Shown: positions 16,197-24,663, counted from the first letter of the stretch. The stretch is DNA of 32,000 bases from Candidatus Omnitrophota bacterium (GCA_023818895.1 JAMWCX010000002.1:180001-212000); one strand, 5' to 3'. The notes: generated from the letters alone by a model not told the origin. Program-made: numbers and translations.

Positions 16197-17015
16197 CTAC
16201 TTTTTCTCACCTCTTATACTGATAGTCACATCCTTAAAAGGTATATTCCTGCCTGATGCAGCTATAGCTTCTTCTATAACGCTTATAAGACCTGAGCAAC
16301 ATGGCACCTCCATATGGGCATAAGTTACAGATAATATATAGTTTTCCCTGAGTATGGCAGATATCTTCTCGGCGTAACATGAAATGTCATCAAGTTTGGG
16401 ACATCCGACAAGCAGTGCTTTCCCCTTAAGAAGGACCTCGTGAAAGTCGGCATAGGCGAATGGTACGCAATCAGCGGCTATCAAAAGATGCGCACGTCTG
16501 AGGTAAGGAGCGTTGGCAGGCACAAGTTTTATCTGGACCGGCCAATTGCTAAGCTGCGATTCCAACTTAACGCACACCGAAGCACCACGATATCCATCTT
16601 TGCGCATATCTATGATTTTCGATCCGGGACATCCGACATGGCGCCCGTGCGTCGACTTACCGGCCGGAACCTCTATTCCCTTTTCTTCGAGAAACGCCAA
16701 TGCCTCCTTCAGATAACCATGTTCATTGTGGGATCTAAGATGATCGAGGTGCTCCTTTATAACATTCGGCCCTTGCTTGATGATATTTGCCATAACCTTA
16801 CGCTCATCGTATAGTTCAGCTTCCCTCTCCTCTATAGTAATGGCTCCTTGCGGACAATGACCTATGCAGGCGCCGAGGCCGTCACAGAAAAGATCGCTTA
16901 TTAGACGGACTTTGCCATCGATTATTTTAAGCGCTCCCTCGGGGCAATTAGGAATGCATAAGCCGCAGCCGTTGCATTTGTTCTCATCTATTCTTATTAT
17001 TTTTCTCTTTGCCAT
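16197..17015 (-). CDS. 2x[4Fe-4S] ferredoxin-domain protein with a Cys-rich C-terminal domain (candidate Hcp redox partner)
   Basis: 272-aa ORF. The N-terminus has CNGCGLCIPNCP and CDGLGACIGHCP motifs. The C-terminal domain has GCPGS, ADCVPFAY, GCPKLDD and EVPCCSG. It lies immediately upstream of the small Cys-rich gene and hcp. Confidence 0.8.
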   Translation of the reverse strand: MAKRKIIRIDENKCNGCGLCIPNCPEGALKIIDGKVRLISDLFCDGLGACIGHCPQGAITIEEREAELYDERKVMANIIKQGPNVIKEHLDHLRSHNEHGYLKEALAFLEEKGIEVPAGKSTHGRHVGCPGSKIIDMRKDGYRGASVCVKLESQLSNWPVQIKLVPANAPYLRRAHLLIAADCVPFAYADFHEVLLKGKALLVGCPKLDDISCYAEKISAILRENYILSVTYAHMEVPCCSGLISVIEEAIAASGRNIPFKDVTISIRGEKK

Positions 17016-17022
17016 TTTAGTT

Positions 17023-17424
17023 TCACCCTTTTATGAGGGATAATATCGTTATTGACCGAAGCTCTGACTCCACATATTTTGCTATATCGTCTATCTTCTT
17101 TTTGAGGGGGCATACCTTTACGTTCGGACACAGATTCTTTTTTAATATACATTCGTTTATCTTAAGCGGGCCTTGAAATATCTCGATAATGTCTGTTATG
17201 AAAATCTTTTCGGGTGATACCGCAAGCGCGAAACCTCCCCCTATTCCCCTACATGACCTTATAAGCCCCTTCTTACTTAAGATCTGCAGTATCTTTCGCA
17301 AAAATGGCCTGGGCACCTTCAGGCTCTTGACCAACTCTGAAACGGAGATTATCCCCTCACGACGCCTTGCTAAGTAACATACCGCTCTTATAGCATAATC
17401 AGTATTTCTAGTCAGAAGTTTCAT
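17023..17424 (-). CDS. Rrf2-family transcriptional regulator (NsrR/IscR-like, Fe-S ligand Cys present)
   Basis: 133-aa ORF with an N-terminal winged-HTH (TDYAIRAVCYLA...SELV...P..FLRKILQILSKKGLI) and three Cys at 92/99/105, matching the cluster-ligand spacing of NsrR/IscR. Confidence 0.9.
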   Translation of the reverse strand: MKLLTRNTDYAIRAVCYLARRREGIISVSELVKSLKVPRPFLRKILQILSKKGLIRSCRGIGGGFALAVSPEKIFITDIIEIFQGPLKINECILKKNLCPNVKVCPLKKKIDDIAKYVESELRSITILSLIKG

Positions 17425-17431
17425 CTCTTAA

Positions 17432-17460
17432 AGGATACCATTTTAGTATCATTTTGTCAA
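17432..17460 (-). promoter_or_regulatory. Candidate promoter (TTGACA-17-TATCCT) with an embedded inverted repeat GATAC-N7-GTATC (possible Rrf2 operator)
   Basis: On the minus strand, TTGACA is at 17455-17460 and TATCCT at 17432-17437. The palindrome at 17434-17450 overlaps the spacer and -10 element, 8 nt upstream of the rrf2 ATG. Confidence 0.45.
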
Positions 17461-17469
17461 GAAAAAAAA

Positions 17470-17997
17470 TTACTTAAAATACTTTTCTGTGGCGATTTCC
17501 CACTTACCTTGCGATTTTAAGATCAGGTCGCATAGCTCACGCACCGCACCATGACCGCCCGCCCTCTCCGTGATATGGTGAGCACATCTTTTGACCTCAT
17601 CCACCGCGTTAGGAACAGCTACCGCGAACCCGACTCTTTTTAATATAGGGATATCTATAAGATCGTCTCCGATGAAACAGACCTCTTCAGGCGATACTCT
17701 AAACTTTCGCAAAGCCCTCGTGAACGGTTTCAACTTATCATGGTGGCCCTGATAGGCCTTCGCTACTTTCATATCACGAGCTCTCAGCTTAACAATCCGA
17801 GATTTCTTAGCGGTTATAATAACGCTTTTTATGCCCGCTCTGTTTAATAGCGTAATACCGAAGCCATCCTGGACGTCGAAGAATTTAAGCTCGTCGCCGT
17901 ATATCGAGTAGATTATGTGTCCATCTGTCATGACACCGTCGATGTCGATAATAAGAAGTTTTACTCGCCTGGCCCTGTCAACAATATCCTGGCTCAT
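17470..17997 (-). CDS. kdsC: 3-deoxy-D-manno-octulosonate 8-phosphate phosphatase (HAD, YrbI family)
   Basis: 175-aa ORF with the DIDGVMTDG motif and a YrbI-like sequence. Junction with kdsD is TAATG. Confidence 0.85.
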   Translation of the reverse strand: MSQDIVDRARRVKLLIIDIDGVMTDGHIIYSIYGDELKFFDVQDGFGITLLNRAGIKSVIITAKKSRIVKLRARDMKVAKAYQGHHDKLKPFTRALRKFRVSPEEVCFIGDDLIDIPILKRVGFAVAVPNAVDEVKRCAHHITERAGGHGAVRELCDLILKSQGKWEIATEKYFK

Positions 17998-18956
17998 TAC
18001 ACTAGTCCCGCCTTCAATATATCCTGCACATCAAGAAGGCCAATAGGCCTTTTTTTGGCATCCACAACTGGTATCTCATCTATTCTTTTCGACCGCAAAA
18101 TATCAAAGGCTTCCGCCGCCAACCTGTCTTTTGTTATCACCGTAGGATTCTTAGTCATCACATGGCGAACCTCGCATTCGATAAGCCGTGGATGTGTTTC
18201 CAGATGACGCCTGAGGTCCCCATCTGTAAATATACCGACAAGCCTACCCCTAGAGTCTACCACACTGGCTGAACCGGCCCTGGCCTTGGTTATAGCAAGG
18301 AGGACCTTCTTCACTTTGCTCGTGTCCCTCACCACCGGATTAGCTGCCCCTTTTCTCATTATATCCGCGACGGTTAAGAGAAGTCTTTTACCCAGTATCC
18401 CGCCAGGATGGTAGAAGGCGAAGTCTTTTTCTTTGAAGCCTTTCTTGTCTAAGAGAGCAACCGCAAGGGCATCTCCCATAGCAAGCATCGCGGTAGTTGA
18501 AGTGGTTGGGGCAAGACCCAAAGGACAGGCCTCCCTCTTTACGGATGTATCTATAACGTAATCGGCAAACCTCGCCAGAGTAGAGCGCCTGTTGCCGGTC
18601 ATAGCTACAATCTTTGCCCCGATCTTCTTGACAACTGGCAGGAACTTTATTATCTCCTCAGTCTCTCCGCTATTGGAGAGCGCCAGTATAAGGTCGTCCT
18701 TTGTGACCCTACCAAGGTCGCCGTGAAGCGCTTCGGCAGGATGCAGATAAAGAGATGGTGTTCCGGTCGAAGAGAGGGTTGCGGATATCTTTTGGGCTAT
18801 GAAACCGGGCTTGCCCATTCCGGTGACTATAACACGCCCGCTTATCCTATATATAGCCTTTACTACTTTCTCGAAATTATCGTCTATCCTCGCGATAAGA
18901 CTTGCTATAGCATCTCGCTCTATCTTGAGGACTTTTCTAGCCATCGTCTTAGCCAT
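17997..18956 (-). CDS. kdsD: Arabinose-5-phosphate isomerase (SIS domain + tandem CBS)
   Basis: 319-aa ORF with the SIS motif GMGKPGFIAQKISATLSSTGTPS and a C-terminal CBS pair. It sits within the kds cluster. Confidence 0.9.
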   Translation of the reverse strand: MAKTMARKVLKIERDAIASLIARIDDNFEKVVKAIYRISGRVIVTGMGKPGFIAQKISATLSSTGTPSLYLHPAEALHGDLGRVTKDDLILALSNSGETEEIIKFLPVVKKIGAKIVAMTGNRRSTLARFADYVIDTSVKREACPLGLAPTTSTTAMLAMGDALAVALLDKKGFKEKDFAFYHPGGILGKRLLLTVADIMRKGAANPVVRDTSKVKKVLLAITKARAGSASVVDSRGRLVGIFTDGDLRRHLETHPRLIECEVRHVMTKNPTVITKDRLAAEAFDILRSKRIDEIPVVDAKKRPIGLLDVQDILKAGLV

Positions 18957-19774
18957 TATCTCACAACCCTCTCTATTTTTTTCAATTTGATAAGAAGGTC
19001 TTCGAGCGAGTCTAGCCTTATCATGTTGGGGCCGTCGCTAGGTGAGCTGTCCGGGTCCTCGTGTACTTCCATGAAGACGGCGTCAACGCCGCAGCTTACG
19101 GACGCCATGGCGAGATAAGGTATAAACTGCCTTTCACCGCCCGATCTTTCTCCCTGCCCGCCTGGCGACTGGACAGAATGCGTCGCATCGTACACCACTG
19201 GATAACCTAGCTCCTTCATTATAAGCAGAGAGCGAAAGTCGCTTACCAGAGTATTGTAGCCAAAACTCACCCCACGCTCAGTCAAGAGTATTTTTCTGTT
19301 TCCGGTTGACTCGATCTTATTGACAACATGCCGCATGTCCCATGGAGCAAGAAACTGGCCCTTTTTTATATTGACAGCCCTTCCGGTTTCGGCCGCCGCT
19401 ATTATCAGATCGGTCTGGCGCGACAGAAAGGCGGGTATCTGTATTATGTCCAGCACCTTTGCGGCCTCTTTTACTTCCTCCCTGCAATGGACATCAGATA
19501 ATACCGGAACCTTGAACTCCTCTTTGACCTTCTTCAGTATGGCAAGACCTTTTTTAAGACCTGGGCCCCTGTATGATTTAAGCGATGTCCGATTCGCCTT
19601 GTCATAACTGGACTTATATATAAAAGGAATACCGACCTTCCTGGCGGTATTTTTCAGCTCTTTGGCATGGCGTAAAGCACTCGATTCGGACTCTATGACG
19701 CATGGTCCGGCGATTAAAACAAGCGGGTTTTTCCCGCCAATTTTAACTTCGCCTATAACAACCTCTCTTGTCAT
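18956..19774 (-). CDS. kdsA: 3-deoxy-8-phosphooctulonate (KDO-8-P) synthase
   Basis: 272-aa ORF with strong KdsA similarity (GPCVIES, KSSYDKANRTS, IQIPAFLSRQTDL, DATHSVQ). Confidence 0.93.
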   Translation of the reverse strand: MTREVVIGEVKIGGKNPLVLIAGPCVIESESSALRHAKELKNTARKVGIPFIYKSSYDKANRTSLKSYRGPGLKKGLAILKKVKEEFKVPVLSDVHCREEVKEAAKVLDIIQIPAFLSRQTDLIIAAAETGRAVNIKKGQFLAPWDMRHVVNKIESTGNRKILLTERGVSFGYNTLVSDFRSLLIMKELGYPVVYDATHSVQSPGGQGERSGGERQFIPYLAMASVSCGVDAVFMEVHEDPDSSPSDGPNMIRLDSLEDLLIKLKKIERVVR

Positions 19775-19779
19775 TATAT

Positions 19780-20529
19780 TTACCTGTCTCTTTCTCTAAG
19801 CAGTGCTTCCTCCGCCCTCTTTATATCCTCGGGCCTGTCTACCCCTATGGTATCGAACTTCGTCTCCACGGTTTTTATCTTGTAACCGTATTCAAGGGCC
19901 CGTAGCTGCTCCAGTTTCTCCGCGTTCTCGAGAGCCGAATGCGGGAGGTTCCTAAAAGTAAAGAGGAAATCCTTGGTGAAGGCATAGAGGCCTATATGCT
20001 TGTAATATACGGGCCGCTTCCGGGCATCCGTCTCGGCTGTCCTGTTATAAGGTATCGCATATCTCGAGAAATACAAAGCGTAACCATTTCTGTCGACTAC
20101 CACCTTGACGACATTGGAGTTCGTCAGCTCAGACTCGTCCTCGATCCTCTTGATTATGGTTGCCATTTGCGCGTCTTTTTCCTCCTCGAGGGCCAAGACA
20201 AGCGAATCTATCATTATCGGTTTTATGAGCGGCTCATCGCCCTGGATATTGACGGCAATACTGACATCAATAGGGTTGACAACCTCAGCGAGCCTGTCGG
20301 TGCCTGAAGGCTGGTTAGGAGATGTGTAAACAGCCTTGCCGCCGAAAGATTCAACAACTTTGAATATGCGCTCGTCATCACAGGCAACGACGAGATCGTC
20401 AAGCGTTCTCGCCTTCTTCGCATTCTCCCAAACATGCTGAATTACAGGCTTCCCTAGAAGATTGGCAATGACCTTACCTTCAAACCTTGTCGCGCCCCAA
20501 CGGGCGGGTATGACACCTATCGCTTTCAC
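19780..20529 (-). CDS. kdsB: 3-deoxy-manno-octulosonate cytidylyltransferase (CMP-KDO synthetase)
   Basis: 249-aa ORF with GTG start and AGGAGAAGAT upstream. The IPARWGATRFEGK and NIQGDEP motifs are typical of KdsB. Confidence 0.92.
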   Translation of the reverse strand: MKAIGVIPARWGATRFEGKVIANLLGKPVIQHVWENAKKARTLDDLVVACDDERIFKVVESFGGKAVYTSPNQPSGTDRLAEVVNPIDVSIAVNIQGDEPLIKPIMIDSLVLALEEEKDAQMATIIKRIEDESELTNSNVVKVVVDRNGYALYFSRYAIPYNRTAETDARKRPVYYKHIGLYAFTKDFLFTFRNLPHSALENAEKLEQLRALEYGYKIKTVETKFDTIGVDRPEDIKRAEEALLRERDR

Positions 20530-20550
20530 ATCTTCTCCTGTTTTCTAAAA

Positions 20551-21540
20551 TTATGTTTTTCTTATCCTATCGAGCAACTCATCAGGCGTAACTACCGCTA
20601 TACCTACCTTGCCCACCACTATGCCGGCCGCATAATTTGATATATGCGCCGAACATACAGGATCGGCGCCCGCCGCCAGTGACAGCGTATAAGTGGCTAT
20701 GACGGTATCGCCGGCGCCCGATACATCGAATACCTCCTGGGCGACGGTGGGTATATGCTTCATCGCCTTACCTTTCTGAAAGACAGCCATACCATTCTCG
20801 CCGAGAGTTATAAGCGCTATCTTGCATTCCAGCATATTTAGAAGTCTCTGGCCGGCCTTCTTCAGCGTTGAGTCGTCCTTTATCTCGAAACCTACGGCCT
20901 TGGCCGCCTCGTGATGATTAGGCGTTATTAAGCTTATTCCCCTGTAATATCTGAAATGCTCTTCCTTCGGGTCTACGGCGATTATCTTTTTATACCTTCT
21001 TGCCAGCGGCACCACCCTACTCAAAAGGGACGGTGTAATAAGACCTTTGCCATAATCCTCTATTATCACGGCATCCACATTTTTTATGGTCGCTTTTGCA
21101 TGATCGACTATAGTCTCAACCATCCCATCATGAAGACGATCTATCTTCTCCTTATCGATGCGAACGACCTGCTGATGATGCGCCACAACGCGCGTCTTCA
21201 GTATCGTAGGCCGCGAAGAATCTGTAAGGACGCCTTCGGTATGTATGCCTTTTTGATCGAGCTCACCTTTAAGTATCGCCCCTCTTTCGTCATCACCTAT
21301 TATACCGACAAGATAGACATCGGCCCCAAGAGACCTGAGGTTATTGGCGACATTTGAGGCCCCTCCAGGCATGAAGCTTTCCTTCTTGACCCACACGACA
21401 GGGACCGGCGCTTCCGGCGATATGCGGGAGACCTCGCCCCATATGAACTCGTCTAGTATGAGGTCCCCTATGACCATAACCTTTATATTCTTGAACCTCT
21501 CGACTATCTTCCTGTAGGCGGCAAAGTTTTTATCAGTCAT
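20551..21540 (-). CDS. hldA: PfkB-family sugar kinase, D-glycero-beta-D-manno-heptose-7-phosphate kinase-like (HldE/RfaE domain I only)
   Basis: 329-aa ORF with VIGDLILDEFIWGEVSRISPEAPVPVV and GGASNVA motifs, as in the HldE N-domain, plus the C-terminal DVSGAGDT PfkB motif. No adenylyltransferase domain is attached. Confidence 0.8.
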   Translation of the reverse strand: MTDKNFAAYRKIVERFKNIKVMVIGDLILDEFIWGEVSRISPEAPVPVVWVKKESFMPGGASNVANNLRSLGADVYLVGIIGDDERGAILKGELDQKGIHTEGVLTDSSRPTILKTRVVAHHQQVVRIDKEKIDRLHDGMVETIVDHAKATIKNVDAVIIEDYGKGLITPSLLSRVVPLARRYKKIIAVDPKEEHFRYYRGISLITPNHHEAAKAVGFEIKDDSTLKKAGQRLLNMLECKIALITLGENGMAVFQKGKAMKHIPTVAQEVFDVSGAGDTVIATYTLSLAAGADPVCSAHISNYAAGIVVGKVGIAVVTPDELLDRIRKT

Positions 21541-22481
21541 ATATTTTCTATTATCGACCTGTATAGAATAGGAAACATGATTTCGTGATGGCCTATAATG
21601 TTGTAGCCCTTCCCGCCCATCGAAGTCGGCCTAGAAAGTATATTTTGATATGGCCTATACTGGCTTATCATATCGAAATTCGCGGTCGTAAATACCTTTA
21701 CTTTGAAATCAAGGTTTCTTGCCACTGTAAGCGCCTTCAGGAAGACCTCAGGAAGTATCACGGCCGAACCGAAATTAATAGCGACTCCGCCTTCAAGCTT
21801 AGATACGCTGTATATAAAATTCCTGAAATCCAGAAGCGAGCCCTCTCCTATCGCCTCACCGTTCGCGGAAGGATGCTGATGGATTATGTCCGTCCCGATA
21901 GCGACATGCGCCGTGACGGGCACATCAAGTTCAAAACCGTTGGCGAGTATGCTTAAACCCCTGTGCGGAAGCTTAGATTTGACGATATTAGCGCCGAGCG
22001 CTTCTCCTATCCCGAGGCCTTTGGAAAATCCGCTATTTATCGCCTCGTTGATAAAGCTGGCTGTTTCCTTAGCCATGCCGAAAGAACCGTTCAGTATGCC
22101 CTCGCCAACGTCCTCGCTCGTCCGCCCTATCATAGCGATCTCGGTATCGTGGATTATTCCCGCCCCATTCAACGCCACGGCCTTGATGACTCCTCTTCTC
22201 ATAAGATCTATGACAAGCGGCGAAAGGCCGCACTTTATGACATGGGCGCCCATCATCAGTATCACCATCTTGCCATGCTTATGCGCTGTCACTATGGCGT
22301 CCACAAGCGACTTTAAATTCTGGGCAGCAAGTATCCTCGGCAGGGAATCATAGAAAGATTTGAAGCTCTCGCCTTTTTTGGCGGTCCTGGCAAAATCATC
22401 TACCGATACCTTGCATTTGCGCACATTGAGGGGTATCGTTTTTATCTTGCTTAAGTCGATCCTTTGCCTAGGTGTGGCCAT
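21537..22481 (-). CDS. Deoxyhypusine-synthase-like (DHS-like NAD-binding fold) protein, function unknown
   Basis: 314-aa ORF. Its segment order recalls DHS (GAHVIKCGLSPLVIDLMRRGVIKAVALNGAGIIHD; VPVTAHVAIGTDIIH; GVAINFGSAVILPEVF). The family call rests on recalled similarity only. Its stop overlaps the kinase start (ATGA). Confidence 0.45.
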   Translation of the reverse strand: MATPRQRIDLSKIKTIPLNVRKCKVSVDDFARTAKKGESFKSFYDSLPRILAAQNLKSLVDAIVTAHKHGKMVILMMGAHVIKCGLSPLVIDLMRRGVIKAVALNGAGIIHDTEIAMIGRTSEDVGEGILNGSFGMAKETASFINEAINSGFSKGLGIGEALGANIVKSKLPHRGLSILANGFELDVPVTAHVAIGTDIIHQHPSANGEAIGEGSLLDFRNFIYSVSKLEGGVAINFGSAVILPEVFLKALTVARNLDFKVKVFTTANFDMISQYRPYQNILSRPTSMGGKGYNIIGHHEIMFPILYRSIIENI

Positions 22482-22513
22482 ACGCTTTCCCTTCTAATAG
22501 ATAAAACGAAGTT

Positions 22514-22543
22514 ATTCTATCATATATATCGCGATAACGTCAA
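22514..22543 (-). promoter_or_regulatory. Candidate promoter TTGACG-18-TAGAAT upstream of the DHS-like/hldA/kds genes
   Basis: On the minus strand, TTGACG is at 22538-22543 and TAGAAT at 22514-22519, within a 102-nt gap about 30 nt upstream of the ATG at 22481. An ATCGCGAT palindrome lies in the spacer. Confidence 0.35.
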
Positions 22544-22583
22544 TTAATTCGCGGTCAAGCCGCTATATCACAATATAAAGATA

Positions 22584-23657
22584 TTATACATTAAACCTGA
22601 TGGTTATAATATCGCCATCCTCCACGACGTAATCTTTGCCCTTAATGTAAAATCTGCCAGATTCTCTGACTTTCTCTTCGGAGCCAAGGGCTTCCAAATC
22701 CGCATACTTCATCACTTCTGCGCGTATAAAGCCCTTCTGCAAGTCCGTATGGATGGTGCCTGCCGCCTCTGGCGCGGTGGACCCTTTGCGTATGTTCCAC
22801 TGACGAACCTCGTCCGGGCCGACAGTGAAGAACGATATAAGGTCGAGAGCCTTTAGACACAAACGCGTAAGAACATTTATCGCTGGCTCGCCTATTCCTT
22901 CGGCCCTGAGGAATTCTCGCTTATCTTCTTCGGATTCAAGGCCGGCTATCTCGCGCTCCACCTTCGCCGAGACCTGCATGATCTCGACCTGCTGGGGACT
23001 TAGATCTGTACGCAGACTCTCAAGAAGTGAGGTATCCTGCAGGGCGTCTTCGGAAACGTTAAGGACTAAAAAAAGCGTCTTCCGAGTCACGAAAGGATAG
23101 CTGGTTATTAATTTCTTCTCATCCGAGGTGAGCTCAAAAAGCCTCAACGGAAGAGTCTTGTCAAGATGGGCCTTCATCCTGCCTAGAAGCTCGCGCTCTT
23201 TGGCGGCGGCCTCCTCTTTGGTCTGCTTTATCGCCTTCTCAAGCCTTTCCAGACGTTTCTCGATAAATATAAGATCGTGAAGTATAAGCTCGGCATTGAT
23301 AAAATCTATATCTCTTTTGGGATCGACAGAGCCTTCGACATGATATACCGAATCGTCCTTAAAAGCCCTGACAACGTGACATATCGCGTCAAGGTCGTTT
23401 ATGTCCTTAAAGATCTCTGCCTTTGCTATCGTATCCTTCTCGATGCGGGGCAGGGCTTCTATCTCTATCCTTGCGCGCACTTCCTTGGCCGGCTTATATA
23501 ATGAAACAAGCTTATCGAATCTCGGGTCAAATATCTCCGCAACGCCCTTTATCGGCTTGCCAGAAGCGATCTCTTTTTCGGATATGGGATGGCCCGTCAA
23601 AAGCTCAAATAGCGTCTTCTTTCCCACCTGAGGAAGCCCGATTATACCTATTTTCAT
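22584..23657 (-). CDS. ychF: YchF/Obg-like ATPase homolog with divergent switch regions
   Basis: The C-terminal ~90 aa match YchF strongly (FFTVGPDEVRQWNIRKGSTAPEAAGTIHTDLQKGFIRAEV...GKDYVVEDGDIITIRFNV). P-loop is GLPQVGKKT, and an NVSE motif is present. Start set at ATG 23655-23657 (MKIGIIG), with GGAGG 9 nt upstream, not the GTG at 23693. Confidence 0.88.
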   Translation of the reverse strand: MKIGIIGLPQVGKKTLFELLTGHPISEKEIASGKPIKGVAEIFDPRFDKLVSLYKPAKEVRARIEIEALPRIEKDTIAKAEIFKDINDLDAICHVVRAFKDDSVYHVEGSVDPKRDIDFINAELILHDLIFIEKRLERLEKAIKQTKEEAAAKERELLGRMKAHLDKTLPLRLFELTSDEKKLITSYPFVTRKTLFLVLNVSEDALQDTSLLESLRTDLSPQQVEIMQVSAKVEREIAGLESEEDKREFLRAEGIGEPAINVLTRLCLKALDLISFFTVGPDEVRQWNIRKGSTAPEAAGTIHTDLQKGFIRAEVMKYADLEALGSEEKVRESGRFYIKGKDYVVEDGDIITIRFNV

Positions 23658-23806
23658 AGTCTTTAATCCTCCGGCAAATCCTGCCCTGTTCACACTTCAA
23701 AAAAGTTGGGTATGTGCCCTTGCTTTTTGCGAATCTTGTGGCATACTTTATACAGACAAACAAAGGAGATGGGACGATAGCGAAAGCAAATCAAGGCCTA
23801 TCACCT

Positions 23807-23838
23807 ACAAAAAGCCTTCCAAGTGGAAGGCCTTTTTG
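23807..23838. terminator. Bidirectional rho-independent terminator hairpin
   Basis: Perfect 7-bp GC-rich stem GCCTTCC-AAGT-GGAAGGC (23814-23831), flanked by an A5 run and a T5 run. It lies 16 nt downstream of the ZIP transporter stop. A U-tract is present on either strand. Confidence 0.65.
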
Positions 23839-23853
23839 TTTCAAGAACCATAT

Positions 23854-24663
23854 TCATAGACCGATCTCCAGAAGCATCATTCCCACAAAACCAAGCATCG
23901 TTCCCATAGAGGCGATATCCGAATTGCCGGCATACTGTGACTCCGGTATTATCTCTTCAATTACCACAAATATCATCGCACCCGCCGCAAATGCCATTGC
24001 GTAAGGTAAAAGCGGCCTGCACGCTGTTACGGCAAGCGCTCCTATCACCGCCGCCAGCGGTTCCGCGACCCCTGAGAGTTGCCCGTACCAGAAACTATGG
24101 TAACGTGACATACCCTTTGAATACAACGGCATGGAAACAGCGATTCCTTCGGGTATATCCTGCAGGCCGATGCCGACAACGAGAGCCATGGTCGCGGCGA
24201 GGGTGGCCGATGTCATGCCCTGAGCGAGCGCGGCGAACGCGACTCCTATTACGAGGCCTTCCGGAATATTATGAATGGTCATAGCAAGAACTATGAGAGT
24301 GCCTTTTTTCCACGAGGTCTTTATTCCTTCGGCTGCCTGCACCGGCAGATAGATATGAAGATGCGGAAGAAGGCGGTCAAAGATCCTTATGAAGATGACA
24401 CCGGCAGCGAATCCGGCTGCGGGTATTACGGCAAAGACGCTTTTATAGGCTCCCGAAAGTTCGATCGCCGGCACAAGAAGGGACCAAAAGCTGGCCGCGA
24501 GCATAACACCGCCGGCGAATCCTAGCGATGCGTCAAGCAGTTTTCTGTTAAACGTTTTTGATAGTAATACTATAGCCGCCCCCACAGCGGTAAGAAACCA
24601 CGTAAAACATCCTGCCATAAGCGCCTGCAGGGCAGGATGCGCATTTTTCAAAATCTCAATCAT
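23854..24663 (-). CDS. ZIP-family divalent metal transporter (ZupT-like)
   Basis: Polytopic ORF with the HNIPEGLVIGVAF and QDIPEGIAV motifs typical of ZIP/ZupT. The ATG at 24661-24663 overlaps the upstream GT9 stop (ATGA). An alternative GTG at 24669 would add 2 residues. Confidence 0.85.
   Translation of the reverse strand: MIEILKNAHPALQALMAGCFTWFLTAVGAAIVLLSKTFNRKLLDASLGFAGGVMLAASFWSLLVPAIELSGAYKSVFAVIPAAGFAAGVIFIRIFDRLLPHLHIYLPVQAAEGIKTSWKKGTLIVLAMTIHNIPEGLVIGVAFAALAQGMTSATLAATMALVVGIGLQDIPEGIAVSMPLYSKGMSRYHSFWYGQLSGVAEPLAAVIGALAVTACRPLLPYAMAFAAGAMIFVVIEEIIPESQYAGNSDIASMGTMLGFVGMMLLEIGL

Noticed and set aside
23658-23693. Longer GTG start of ychF (MNRAGFAGGLKT...)
   Set aside because: GGAGG sits 9 nt upstream of the internal ATG, and MKIGIIGLP matches the canonical YchF N-terminus.
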